A stretch of 34,917 bases of DNA from a virus. Taxonomy: Duplodnaviria > Caudoviricetes. A program made the translations under genes and the position numbers. The stretch lies in IMG/VR virus record IMGVR_UViG_3300032260_000011, positions 1 to 34,917 of that record; one strand, written 5' to 3'. The stretch's first letter is position 1, and each line of letters starts with the position of its first letter. Positions 1-9,337 of this stretch are shown here, one piece after another. The notes beneath the pieces were generated by a model that worked only from the letters and a program-made list of their open reading frames with translations, was not told the origin of the DNA and did not search any database.

Positions 1-2
1 TA

Positions 3-188
3 GAGGGCAACGGCACACGAGACGCTACAAACACTGGCGACCTGGATATTATAGGGCAAGCAAGATCAACAACAACGCCGGATATTGGTTGCTGGGAGTA
101 CCAGGCAGCAGTAGGCGTAACGCTAGATCAATGGGATAGAGGACAACCAATGCCGCATCGGGAAAAAATTGGAATAGCCAACTATTAA
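3..188 (+). CDS. 3' end of a gene truncated by the window edge; C-terminus has a D-x-x-G-x-x-R...PDIGCWEY motif typical of beta-helix/choice-of-anchor Q-like proteins
   Basis: Manual translation of frame 3: EGNGTRDATNTGDLDIIGQARSTTTPDIGCWEYQAAVGVTLDQWDRGQPMPHREKIGIANY*. Confidence 0.6.
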   Translation, partial: EGNGTRDATNTGDLDIIGQARSTTTPDIGCWEYQAAVGVTLDQWDRGQPMPHREKIGIANY

Positions 189-197
189 TAAAATAAC

Positions 198-422
198 ATG
201 ATTAATTTACAGAAATATAGTGGAATAAAGATAGCAGATTGTTTTAGCTCTGCATGTAACCTATTAGGTGGGCTAATTGTGACCTTATTGGCAGCATCTG
301 CGTGGATAACTCATATTATGATTTGCCTGGATGAGCAAAAATATGAGTTTTTATTTTTTGGAGCGATAGTGTTTCCAGTTGGCATCTTTCATGGTGCTGG
401 CGTTTGGGTTGGTATATGGTGA
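198..422 (+). CDS. small membrane protein
   Basis: 74 aa with two hydrophobic segments; in operon orientation. Confidence 0.6.
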   Translation: MINLQKYSGIKIADCFSSACNLLGGLIVTLLAASAWITHIMICLDEQKYEFLFFGAIVFPVGIFHGAGVWVGIW

Positions 423-468
423 TTATTCAAGATTTTTAATACACAGTATAATTAATGGGGATCGTAAG

Positions 469-534
469 ATGACCGCAGGAACAAGACCAACGAGAAGGCC
501 AAGAAAAAAGCCGAAAAAGAAGCCTCGAAAATGA
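469..534 (+). CDS. putative 21-aa highly basic peptide (MTAGTRPTRRPRKKPKKKPRK)
   Basis: GGGGA upstream of ATG at 469; its stop overlaps the ATG of the next gene (ATGA, 531-534). Confidence 0.4.
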   Translation: MTAGTRPTRRPRKKPKKKPRK

Positions 535-1007
535 CTGAGGCACAGATAGTTGTTTCAATAATGGCATTGTTATTTATTCTGATTGCATATGCCAGCAAAT
601 CAACAACTTATATTGCATTAGCATGTGTATACGCAATTAGTGCAGTGTCACACTGGGTATTTGAGCAAGTACCAACATGGTCTGTATGGTGGCCAGCCCT
701 ATATTCAACGCTCGATATTTATGCATTAATTACTATTGCAGCATGTGGTGATATGCGCAAAAAACTCAACATATGGCTATTATCTGCATTAATAACAATG
801 CATGGGTTGCTTGCATGGGATTTATTCCACGGTACGAATATGGTTTTTCTAGTCTATTATCAAGTAATAATGGCTATAATTGCAGGACAAATAATCGTGG
901 GGTTTTGGGATGCGATCGCCGAATATAGGAGAGTTAATCGCCCTGCTGATCACTATAATAAACATGGGCATCATGTTAAAAACCATCATCAGGGCGCTAC
1001 ATCATGA
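531..1007 (+). CDS. multi-pass membrane protein
   Basis: 158 aa with about 4-5 hydrophobic helices. Confidence 0.7.
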   Translation: MTEAQIVVSIMALLFILIAYASKSTTYIALACVYAISAVSHWVFEQVPTWSVWWPALYSTLDIYALITIAACGDMRKKLNIWLLSALITMHGLLAWDLFHGTNMVFLVYYQVIMAIIAGQIIVGFWDAIAEYRRVNRPADHYNKHGHHVKNHHQGATS

Positions 1008-1312
1008 GTGGAGACGCATTAGAAAACGCCGGAACGATAGCTAGTGGTGGTACGCTCATTGTAGGCTCATTGGCTTGGATAGAGGTTAATTCCACGGCTT
1101 TAAGCGTTATAATCATGGCGTTTACCGCATTAATGACAGCTATATTCTATATAGCATCTCTAAAATTAAAGCGGCAGGACATGAAGGAGCAAGCAAAGCG
1201 ACAAGTGATAGATGAATTTTATGAAAAAATCAGCAATGTAGAGGCAGACACTCATGAAAGGATAGCCGCAAAGCAAATGTTAAAAACCGTTATGAATCGC
1301 AGGGATATATGA
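1004..1312 (+). CDS. putative holin-like membrane protein
   Basis: Two N-terminal hydrophobic segments and a charged C-terminus; upstream of terminase; ATGA coupling to previous gene. Confidence 0.45.
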   Translation: MSGDALENAGTIASGGTLIVGSLAWIEVNSTALSVIIMAFTALMTAIFYIASLKLKRQDMKEQAKRQVIDEFYEKISNVEADTHERIAAKQMLKTVMNRRDI

Positions 1313-1512
1313 TTATGAATCAAGCAGGCAAAGGCGACGCACGCAGACCTCAATATGTATCAGATGATGAGATGACAGAAAGATGGAATCTTGCTTTTGG
1401 TGGTGTTGAGGAAAAACCAGACAAAGATGCCAGCACAACCAAGAAAGGCATAGAGGCAGGTAAGGCTTTGGAATTCACGCACAGTGAAAGTGCTGCTAAT
1501 TGTTCCACGTGA
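1309..1512 (+). CDS. hypothetical phage protein
   Basis: GKGDxxRP...ERWNLAFG motif seen in small phage proteins; ATGA overlap. Confidence 0.55.
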   Translation: MIMNQAGKGDARRPQYVSDDEMTERWNLAFGGVEEKPDKDASTTKKGIEAGKALEFTHSESAANCST

Positions 1513-1519
1513 AACGTAT

Positions 1520-1960
1520 ATGACTGAAAAGCAAGGAAAACAAAACGGAAGGCCTACAACATGGTCTGAAGAGCTTGAAGAGCAGGCCTGGGCTTATATT
1601 AATGGCGGTTGGGAAAAAGAAGAGCATGCGGTTCCAAGTGTGGTTGGATTGTGTAAAGTATTAAAGCGAGGAAAATCAACGCTTTACGATTGGGCAGAAG
1701 ATAAAGAGAAAGGGTTTTCGGATATATTAGCTGCAATTAAGGAAGAACAAGAGCTTGTAACGTTCAATAAATCATTGAAGAATGAATATAATGCAACTAT
1801 AGCAAAGCTTCTATTGGGCAAGCATGGATACCATGACAAACAAGACAACACCAATGCTGGACCAGATGGCGGCCCTATCCAAGTAATAGATGCAACTCAG
1901 CTATCCACAGAAGCATTAAAAGAGTTAGTACAGGCACGTGCAAAATCTAGCACTGACTAA
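1520..1960 (+). CDS. terS: terminase small subunit (DNA-packaging gp3-like); ORF track starts at 1484, ATG at 1520 more likely
   Basis: GRPT motif, PSVVGLC HTH with STLYDW, YNATIAKLLLGKHGY, C-terminal GPDGGPI; directly upstream of terL. Confidence 0.85.
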   Translation: MTEKQGKQNGRPTTWSEELEEQAWAYINGGWEKEEHAVPSVVGLCKVLKRGKSTLYDWAEDKEKGFSDILAAIKEEQELVTFNKSLKNEYNATIAKLLLGKHGYHDKQDNTNAGPDGGPIQVIDATQLSTEALKELVQARAKSSTD

Positions 1961-3359
1961 CCATGACTGGGTGGCAATAGATAGGGAGCTATCATCCAGA
2001 AGCCTCAGTGAGTTTGTACAAATGGCGTGGCATGTACTCGAGCCTAGTCAGCCATATGTCCACGGATGGCACATAGATGCATTAACAGAGCACCTTGAGG
2101 CCGTCACATCAGGTGATATCACAAGGCTCCTGATTAACATCCCGCCTGGTACAATGAAGAGCATGCTGGTTAGTGTGCTGTGGCCAGCCTGGGAGTGGGG
2201 GCCAAAGGATATGCCTTCGATGCGTTATGTTGGTGCGTCTCATGAGCAGAGCCTATCTATCAGAGATAATCTGAAGATGAGACGGCTAGTAGAATCAGAA
2301 TGGTATCAAGAGCGCTGGCCAACCCCATTAACAAGAGATCAAAACGCTAAAATAAAGTTTGAGAACCAGAAGACCGGATTCAGGCAAGCATGTGCAGTTC
2401 AGTCTATGACAGGCAATAGAGGGGATAGGGTGATCTGGGATGATCCTCATAGTGTAGAGGCTGCATTATCACCTGCTTATAGAGAAACGGCCTTACGTGT
2501 CTTTACCGAAACACTTCCAACCAGATTAAACAACCCTGATAAGTCAGCAATTATTATCGTTATGCAGCGGCTGCATGAAGAAGATGTGTCAGGGCATATT
2601 ATAGCCAATGACCTAGGTTATGAGCATTTAATGCTGCCTATGGAGTTTGAGCCAGAACGCAGATGTACGACTTCAATAGGGTTTATCGACCCACGAACAG
2701 AAGATGGAGAATTGCTTTTCCCTGGTAGATTCCCACGTGAGGTGGTCGAGAGGGACAAGAAGGTGATGGGTACAATGGCTACAGCGGGCCAATTCCAGCA
2801 ACGGCCAGCCCCACGGACAGGTGGTTTTTTCAAGTGGGAGGCATTAGAGGTTGTGAAAGCCTCACCAGTGATAAAGCATGCCATAAGATATTGGGATAAA
2901 GCAGGCACCAAAGATGCTGGGTGCTATACTGCTGGTGTTAAGATGGGAATTGGTGATGATGGACTTTGGTATGTCCTTGATTCTGTGCGCGGTCAGTGGG
3001 CTGCTGCTGAGAGAGAAAAGGTAATAAAGCAGACTGCTGAGACAGACGGAAGGAAAGTCAAAGTGTGGATTGAGCAGGAGCCTGGGAGTGGTGGGAAGGA
3101 ATCTGCAGAATCAACAATTAGAAATCTTGCTGGATTCACGTGTCGCGCTGAGAACCCAACAGGAGACAAAGCAGTACGTGCGGAGCCGTATTCTGTGCAA
3201 GTAGAGGCCGGAAATGTTAAAGTTCTATGTGGTGAGTGGAATGCAGAATTTATAGATGAGCACAAAAACTTCCCAAATGGCAAATATAAGGATCAGATTG
3301 ATGCATCATCTGGTGCGTTTAATCGTTTGGCAAGTAGAACGCGAATCAACATTGGATAA
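1938..3359 (+). CDS. terL: terminase large subunit
   Basis: LLINIPPGTMKS Walker A variant, VIWDDPH Walker B, VMQRLHEED, RYWDKAGT and DQIDA nuclease motifs. Confidence 0.95.
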   Translation: MQNLALTNHDWVAIDRELSSRSLSEFVQMAWHVLEPSQPYVHGWHIDALTEHLEAVTSGDITRLLINIPPGTMKSMLVSVLWPAWEWGPKDMPSMRYVGASHEQSLSIRDNLKMRRLVESEWYQERWPTPLTRDQNAKIKFENQKTGFRQACAVQSMTGNRGDRVIWDDPHSVEAALSPAYRETALRVFTETLPTRLNNPDKSAIIIVMQRLHEEDVSGHIIANDLGYEHLMLPMEFEPERRCTTSIGFIDPRTEDGELLFPGRFPREVVERDKKVMGTMATAGQFQQRPAPRTGGFFKWEALEVVKASPVIKHAIRYWDKAGTKDAGCYTAGVKMGIGDDGLWYVLDSVRGQWAAAEREKVIKQTAETDGRKVKVWIEQEPGSGGKESAESTIRNLAGFTCRAENPTGDKAVRAEPYSVQVEAGNVKVLCGEWNAEFIDEHKNFPNGKYKDQIDASSGAFNRLASRTRINIG

Positions 3360-3362
3360 TCA

Positions 3363-4676
3363 ATGAGTATATTTAAACCCTGGACATGGGGCAAAAAATC
3401 CCACGTTGAAACCAAAGCTTCAACTAAGGTTCTAGGACTGTCTGAAGAATTAGGCTCATTTCTCAAGTTTGGCACTACAGGAACTGCTGCGACTGCAACC
3501 AGCGCAATGGATTTATACAACAAGTCATCAGCTGTTAGCATACCGATTAACTACATTTCTGAGGCATTTTCCTCAATCAACCCAGTGCTAAAGGACGGAT
3601 CAGAAATAATATCTGATCATCCTGTTTTAGATCTTCTGCAGTCACCAAGCCCGTTTTATAGCCAGGATCTGTTCTTAGAAAACCTGGGCAAGAATTATCT
3701 AATAACCGGTGAGACAGAGCTTGTAGCTATTGGAAATATCAACCGGCCACCTATAGAGCTGCAGCCAATTAACCCAAAGAACGTAACTATTAATGAGGGT
3801 TCAGGTGGTCTTGCGCTGGCAATGATAGTCTCAGGCGAGACATTAGCCGGAGTTTATAACATCATAAGGAAAGGGCGAGGTGTTAGGTATGTCAGGGGTA
3901 ATCTAACAGAGATTAAACAGATACGTAATTATTCAACTAGGGATAATTCATTAATTCGCGGCCAGTCCCCATTGGTTTCAGCCTCAGCTGAGGCCAGGCA
4001 GCATATAGAGGGCAACAACCATAATGTCTCGCTGTTGATAAATGGCGGTAGAGTCTCATTAGTGTTCCATTTCGATGAAGATATGGGAATAGATGACTTT
4101 GATGCCACTAAAGCCAGGGTAATAGAGCAATATGGTGGAGCGCAGCAGGCTGGAAAGATCGGTGTAACATCAGGAGGCAAGCTAGACATCAAGGAATTAG
4201 GCATTAACAACAAAGATATGGATTTCTTCAACCTCCAGTCTATGGCCAAACAGACAGTAGCACTTCAGTATAAATTCCCTCTACCTCTAATAACGGTAGA
4301 AGCATCGACTTTAAGTAACTACAAAGAATCAAAGGCCGCATTATATGATGATGCTGTTCTGCCACTGGCTGATAGGATCTTTGGCGGCTTGTCTGACTTT
4401 CTACTGCCTAGATATGGGCTTGATCCTAGCAAGGTAAGAATCACCTACGACATGGATCAGATCACGGCGCTATCAAGCAGGCGCAATGAAGAGCTGAAGC
4501 TACGAAAAGAATTGAACCTTGAAACAACAAATGAGATGAGGACGCTAATAGGTCGCGAGGAAGTCGAAGGCGGTGATGCTATATTGGTGCCTGCTAATAT
4601 GGTGCCTATGGGAACAGATTTGTTTACAGACGACAATACGCCGGATAATGCTCTGGCCAGGGACACTGAAAAGTGA
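3363..4676 (+). CDS. portal protein (HK97 family)
   Basis: HPVLDLLQSPSP, GQSPL, KDMDF, TTNEMRTLIGREEVEGGD; follows terL. Confidence 0.92.
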   Translation: MSIFKPWTWGKKSHVETKASTKVLGLSEELGSFLKFGTTGTAATATSAMDLYNKSSAVSIPINYISEAFSSINPVLKDGSEIISDHPVLDLLQSPSPFYSQDLFLENLGKNYLITGETELVAIGNINRPPIELQPINPKNVTINEGSGGLALAMIVSGETLAGVYNIIRKGRGVRYVRGNLTEIKQIRNYSTRDNSLIRGQSPLVSASAEARQHIEGNNHNVSLLINGGRVSLVFHFDEDMGIDDFDATKARVIEQYGGAQQAGKIGVTSGGKLDIKELGINNKDMDFFNLQSMAKQTVALQYKFPLPLITVEASTLSNYKESKAALYDDAVLPLADRIFGGLSDFLLPRYGLDPSKVRITYDMDQITALSSRRNEELKLRKELNLETTNEMRTLIGREEVEGGDAILVPANMVPMGTDLFTDDNTPDNALARDTEK

Positions 4677-4900
4677 AAGTTTGGATTTGCGGGAAGCATA
4701 AGAGCTTAGGAAAAGACTCAAATGGCACAGAATATACGTCTTGGGAGTTCCAAGGTGTTTTCAGAACTAAAGATCTTGCCATTAATGCATGTAAAGATGA
4801 GAATTATTTCATCGGGCCAGCGGTGATGGATGAGCCGCTACCTGATGAGGAGCTTGATTGGCCTGGTGCTTATTATCCAAAAGAAAAGAGGGAAGAATAA
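4673..4900 (+). CDS. hypothetical protein
   Basis: 75 aa with WEFQGVF..K..AI motif; GTGA overlap with portal stop. Confidence 0.6.
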   Translation: MKVWICGKHKSLGKDSNGTEYTSWEFQGVFRTKDLAINACKDENYFIGPAVMDEPLPDEELDWPGAYYPKEKREE

Positions 4901-5773
4901 TTGTCAGCCAACGAAGCACGCAGAGACCTAAGCGAGAAAATCAGGCTAGAATTACAGCTAGCTAGTGAGATTCGCTCGATTCATCGTCAGATCGTGCGTC
5001 AGACAATTAAAGAATATAGTGCAACAGGCAGGCCATTTGATGCAAAAAACCTTTCTGATGAGCTTACAAGTACACTAAAAGACCACTATGACCATGTTGG
5101 CATGTCATTTGACAATCAAATAACTGACATATTACCAAGTGACATTGAGGCCACAGAGGAAGAAAGAGCGGCAATTACAGCTGCCCTGACTACATTCTTT
5201 GCCTTAAGAGCATTAGAGCAATCAGAGATCATTACAGCCACAAATCAGAAGGATATAGATGATTCTATTGATCAGTCCATAATGATGAGCCAAGAGGCAG
5301 AGGAGCCACAGACAAGGATAGATCTGGCATTTGTCGCTGGTGCTATACTTAGTCGAAAGCTTAATGGAAGAGTTTCAGGTATCGCGACTCTAGAAACTCA
5401 GTCTGTAGCAGAAGCCGCGAAAGCTACAGAGGCGCAGATACTTACGTTTCAGCCTCCTAGTGTTACAGGTGGAACGCCTAGAGAAGCTCCAGTAACAAAA
5501 GAATGGGTTACAGTGGGTGATGAGAGAGTAAGAACTGCGCATATCGGAGCAGATAGCCAAGTGCAAACACTTAATCAACCCTTTGTAGTGGGTGGTCAGT
5601 TGCTTAGATGGCCAGGAGATACAAGTTTAGGGGCTACGCCTGGTAATGTCATTAATTGTAGGTGTAGTTCAGTCGTAAACGCACAAAATGTGTTCGCTAT
5701 CCGCAGGCAAAGAGGTGAGTTGCCTATGATAGATCAAACGGCAAGTGAGCAGCTGCTTACAAGTCTTGGATAA
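4901..5773 (+). CDS. minor head/head morphogenesis protein (MuF/SPP1 gp7-like)
   Basis: KEWVTVGDERVRTAH...PF.VGG..LRWPGD...NVINCRC. Confidence 0.9.
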   Translation: MSANEARRDLSEKIRLELQLASEIRSIHRQIVRQTIKEYSATGRPFDAKNLSDELTSTLKDHYDHVGMSFDNQITDILPSDIEATEEERAAITAALTTFFALRALEQSEIITATNQKDIDDSIDQSIMMSQEAEEPQTRIDLAFVAGAILSRKLNGRVSGIATLETQSVAEAAKATEAQILTFQPPSVTGGTPREAPVTKEWVTVGDERVRTAHIGADSQVQTLNQPFVVGGQLLRWPGDTSLGATPGNVINCRCSSVVNAQNVFAIRRQRGELPMIDQTASEQLLTSLG

Positions 5774-5796
5774 ACTTAGTAAACGAGGTAATAAAG

Positions 5797-6246
5797 ATGG
5801 CACGTAGATATTCAATTGATGGGCAGGATACCAATACTGCTTCAACTTCAATCCTTGGCCTGACTAGTGCGGCTACTGTGCGCCCTATGATTTATGATCT
5901 GATTCTGGGGAGTGATGCAGCACCTGCAGACAATGCGGCTGAGTACGTTTTGCAGCGCTATACTGCTGCAGGTACTGCAACCGCAGTAACGCCACAAGCT
6001 CTTGATCCTGGTGATCCTTCTGCTTTGGCTTCTGCTGGTGAGGCTCATACCGTTGAACCCACCTATACCGCAAATGCAATTATGCTTCAGTTTGCTACCA
6101 ATCAGCGTGCAACTTTCCGTTGGGTAGCTGCTCCTGGTGGTGAGATAAAACTCCCAGCTACTGCTGCTAATGGTGTTGGAATAAAGGTTATTGGCATTGC
6201 TGGATCAGCTGTCAATACTAATGTCTGCATGCACTTTGAAGAGTAA
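5797..6246 (+). CDS. hypothetical, probably virion-associated protein
   Basis: GAGG RBS; Ala/Thr-rich beta-type composition; lies in head module. Confidence 0.7.
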   Translation: MARRYSIDGQDTNTASTSILGLTSAATVRPMIYDLILGSDAAPADNAAEYVLQRYTAAGTATAVTPQALDPGDPSALASAGEAHTVEPTYTANAIMLQFATNQRATFRWVAAPGGEIKLPATAANGVGIKVIGIAGSAVNTNVCMHFEE

Positions 6247-6491
6247 TGTTTCTTCCTGAGCGAAGCCCTAAAGGGGTTATCCTCCAGGATGGCAAAGAGA
6301 TTGCTGACACATTGCAATGTGTTCACTGCGGTGGGCATTTTGTGAGTGTGAAAGGCTCTGGTATGCGTAGGGGTTGGTGCAGACATTGCAATGGGATTAC
6401 TTGTGGATCTCAAGCTTGTGATGTATGTGTGCCTTTAGAGAAGCAGCTTGAGCAGATAGAGAAAATAGAGCGGGAGTTAATTAGGCTGTGA
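6246..6491 (+). CDS. Cys-rich putative zinc-binding protein
   Basis: CVHC, CRHC, C...CDVC motifs; C-terminal coiled coil. Confidence 0.65.
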   Translation: MFLPERSPKGVILQDGKEIADTLQCVHCGGHFVSVKGSGMRRGWCRHCNGITCGSQACDVCVPLEKQLEQIEKIERELIRL

Positions 6492-7234
6492 GATTATGGC
6501 AGTATCCTAGTTTAACTGAGCCTGTAAGTCAGGAAGGCGAAAACATCACTTTAGATAAGTGGTGGCAGGAAACTGCGCGCCCTGTTTTCGATAGAAGGCT
6601 GCCTACTGCGTTAATGTTCACTGCTGCTGTATTGGTGGAGTTAGTATCACCTCCAGCACTGGCAGATATTGGGTGGTTGCCACCAACAGAGCAGCCTGTA
6701 AGGATAGAAGCAAGACAAATTCCTACAGGCCTGTCTTTTGTTGACATTGTTTCTGAAGTTCTCCCAGAAATAGCATGGACTCAGCCAACTTCTCAGCCAA
6801 AGATAGATGTTAGTAGGGAGCAGTTTACTTACCCGAGTCTTTCGTTTGTTCAGGTTATTGCCCCACCGGTATCATTAGATCAGTGGGGGCAGCCAACCAA
6901 CCAGCCGAGGATAGATATAGAGCGTAGTCAGTACGCCTATCCTGGGTTATCGTTGGTCGAAATTGTTGTACCTCAGGTATTTGTAGAGCTTGATAAGTGG
7001 TATAGACCACTACAAGAGCCGTTCTTTATACCTGATAATACCCAGTATCTTAGCCCTGTTGCACCTTTTGCGCCTATTACTGAAGTAATACCCGTATCTT
7101 TGCCTGGTAAATTATGTGGCGATGTATCAATCGGGGTAAAATTAGGTGGTGATATCACAATGAGCGTGAAAATAGCTGGTGATGTGACCTTAAATCCCGC
7201 AATTGACGGGACAATTACCATAAGAAGCTGCTGA
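6488..7234 (+). CDS. Pro-rich internal-repeat protein
   Basis: About 5 repeats of the form (L/I)-x-x-W-x-x-P-x-x-Q/E-P (LDKWWQ, IGWLPPTEQP, IAWTQPTSQP, LDQWGQPTNQP, LDKWYRPLQEP). Confidence 0.7.
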   Translation: MRLWQYPSLTEPVSQEGENITLDKWWQETARPVFDRRLPTALMFTAAVLVELVSPPALADIGWLPPTEQPVRIEARQIPTGLSFVDIVSEVLPEIAWTQPTSQPKIDVSREQFTYPSLSFVQVIAPPVSLDQWGQPTNQPRIDIERSQYAYPGLSLVEIVVPQVFVELDKWYRPLQEPFFIPDNTQYLSPVAPFAPITEVIPVSLPGKLCGDVSIGVKLGGDITMSVKIAGDVTLNPAIDGTITIRSC

Positions 7235-7551
7235 TGGCGAGTCTACTTGTAAATAGTGATAACGTAATCCAATTAACTGAGTTGAAGAATCTTGTTGATG
7301 GCGCGTATTTAAACGGTGCTACCGTAACAGTGACTATCGTTGATTCTGATGGTGTTGACGTTACAGGCGAGACATGGCCGTTATCAATGCCATATGTGGC
7401 GAGTTCAGACGGTGTTTACAGGGCGAACCTTGCAGACACGATATCTTTTGTCGCCGAGTGTAAATACACCGCTACAGTAATTGCAGATGCAGGCGCAGAC
7501 GGTAAGCGAGAATGGGTTACAGATGTAATTGCTAGGGTCAGTGTTGGTTAA
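7234..7551 (+). CDS. hypothetical Ig-like/beta-sandwich protein
   Basis: ATVTVTIVD...DGVYRA...YTATV pattern; TGATG coupling. Confidence 0.65.
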   Translation: MASLLVNSDNVIQLTELKNLVDGAYLNGATVTVTIVDSDGVDVTGETWPLSMPYVASSDGVYRANLADTISFVAECKYTATVIADAGADGKREWVTDVIARVSVG

Positions 7552-7562
7552 CGGGGAATAAA

Positions 7563-8804
7563 ATGGCACATATTCACACATTACCAGACGGACAAAAAAC
7601 AGGCACAGAGATAATTGATCCTGATGACAATGAATTACACTGGCATTTAGTCAGCGAAGATAAAACATCATCCAGTCCATTTGGGTTGGAACATACGCAT
7701 ATATTAAATGGCGTGGAAACATCAGGTCCAATTCAAGAAAAGGCGCAAGACATGAGTATTGAAACTAAGCAGGCTGGCGGTAATATCCTAGAAGCTAAGC
7801 AGATCAGCAGGAACGGTGAGCCTGTAGGGATTCTTAAGGGCTACATAGCCACATGGGATCTAGACAGGGGGCTTGATAGATTTGTTCGCGGTGCATTTGC
7901 TGAATCACTGGAGCGCCACAGAAAAGATAATCGACCTATTAGGTTAAAAGACCATCATGGTCGTACTGTGGGCGGATTTCCCATTGAGACTGTTGTGGAA
8001 AATGATATCGGCTTACTTGGTATTGGGGAGGTAAATCTAGACGTTCAGCAGGGGCGTGAGCTTATGTCACTTGCAAAACAGGGGGTGCTTTCTGACTTCT
8101 CTGTAGGATTCACCTCAATTGAAGACTCCCTGGATAATGGAATCCGGGTTATTCATAAGGCTGAGATATGGGAGGGATCTATTGTCGATGAGCCGATGAA
8201 CCCGAGCGCAATTGTGACTGAAGTTAAAGCTGCCGTTCCGTTTCAAGATTTACCTTTGGCTTCCAAAGATCGAGCATGGACTGCAGACGCGGCAATTTCT
8301 AGGGTTCGCGAGTTCACAGATTCAACAGATGAGCCTGGTTCAAAGTATCGTCGTGCTTTTGTATGGTTCGATAGTGCTGATGCCAGTAATTTCGGAGCCT
8401 ACAAGTTACCTATTGCTGATGTAATCGACGGGAGACTGACGGCTGTGCCAAGGGGTGTATTTGCCGCTGCCGCTGCTGTACAAGGCGCTAGAGGCGGTGT
8501 AGATGTACCAGATGCAGACCGCGCTGGTGTGATACGGCACTTGGAGAGATATTATGCAAAGATGGGGCTAGATAGTCCGTTTGGCGATGAAAAACAATTC
8601 TTTGTTGCTGATGATGTTAAGGAATGGACAGAGCGAGATATAGAGAAATTCCTGAAAAAAACAGGATGCATGTCTAAATCAGCCGCCAAGCTTCTATCAG
8701 ATCGGCTCGAAGAGAAGGAAGAGCAAGAAGAGACACTAGAATTAGATGCAATGCGTGAGTTAGTTGCAGAAATGAAGGCTTTTAAGTCTGAGATGGCTAA
8801 TTAA
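7563..8804 (+). CDS. prohead maturation protease (HK97 family) with N-terminal HxH region and extra C-terminal domain
   Basis: KGYIATWDLDRGLD...GAF, LKDHH, FSVGF, IWEGSIVDEPMNP. Confidence 0.9.
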   Translation: MAHIHTLPDGQKTGTEIIDPDDNELHWHLVSEDKTSSSPFGLEHTHILNGVETSGPIQEKAQDMSIETKQAGGNILEAKQISRNGEPVGILKGYIATWDLDRGLDRFVRGAFAESLERHRKDNRPIRLKDHHGRTVGGFPIETVVENDIGLLGIGEVNLDVQQGRELMSLAKQGVLSDFSVGFTSIEDSLDNGIRVIHKAEIWEGSIVDEPMNPSAIVTEVKAAVPFQDLPLASKDRAWTADAAISRVREFTDSTDEPGSKYRRAFVWFDSADASNFGAYKLPIADVIDGRLTAVPRGVFAAAAAVQGARGGVDVPDADRAGVIRHLERYYAKMGLDSPFGDEKQFFVADDVKEWTERDIEKFLKKTGCMSKSAAKLLSDRLEEKEEQEETLELDAMRELVAEMKAFKSEMAN

Positions 8805-8809
8805 TGTTA

Positions 8810-8845
8810 AAGATTATGCAGGTCTTACGAGGCCTGCATAATCTT
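8810..8845. terminator. hairpin between convergent genes, probable bidirectional terminator
   Basis: AAGATTATGCAGGTCT-TACG-AGGCCTGCATAATCTT, 16-bp stem with one G-T pair. Confidence 0.75.
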
Positions 8846-8858
8846 ATGCCATAAGTAT

Positions 8859-9083
8859 TTATGGCAACGGCTTTTCAGCAGCGCCATTTTTACCTCCACC
8901 GCCGTCCCCACCACCGGGAAAGCACTGAATTACTGTTGACCCACTACCCGCACCTATTTTTGCGGAGGCAAAACCGGATGGAAAGCTCACTTTGCAGTCC
9001 GCATCTCCTTGGACAATCTCTTTTTTAGTTACAATCCAAGGTTTTTCTTTTGTAAAAAGGTACTTCAACACATATAAATTCAT
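8859..9083 (-). CDS. hypothetical protein
   Basis: AGGAG RBS upstream of ATG; ends at the hairpin. Confidence 0.5.
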   Translation of the reverse strand: MNLYVLKYLFTKEKPWIVTKKEIVQGDADCKVSFPSGFASAKIGAGSGSTVIQCFPGGGDGGGGKNGAAEKPLP

Positions 9084-9092
9084 ATTTATCTC

Positions 9093-9269
9093 CTATAGCT
9101 TCCTAAGCCGCTTCAACTGCTTATTATCAGGCTCTATCTCTACAGCAAGATCTAGCAGTTTTACACGAGTTTCTGGCATTACCGATACCCGAAAATCAAC
9201 AAATCCATCCTTGCTCCTATCCTTCCTGAGCCTGCGCATCGATTCTGCTTCTTTAGTTGGTTTTGTCAT
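9093..9269 (-). CDS. 58-aa basic protein, possible ribbon-helix-helix DNA-binding protein (not in ORF track)
   Basis: Manual translation MTKPTKEAESMRRLRKDRSKDGFVDFRVSVMPETRVKLLDLAVEIEPDNKQLKRLRKL*. Confidence 0.5.
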   Translation of the reverse strand: MTKPTKEAESMRRLRKDRSKDGFVDFRVSVMPETRVKLLDLAVEIEPDNKQLKRLRKL

Positions 9270-9272
9270 AAT

Positions 9273-9335
9273 TGCAGCCTATCATTCCACCCATTCGGAG
9301 TTATACAGCATAGTTATGTCTAGCCCCTGTTATAT
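9273..9335 (+). repeat. attI-like array head site, copy 1
   Basis: 50/60 ungapped identity to 29466-29525; ends in GTCTAGC-CCCT-GTTATAT with upstream direct GTTA cores. Confidence 0.65.
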
Positions 9336-9337
9336 GG

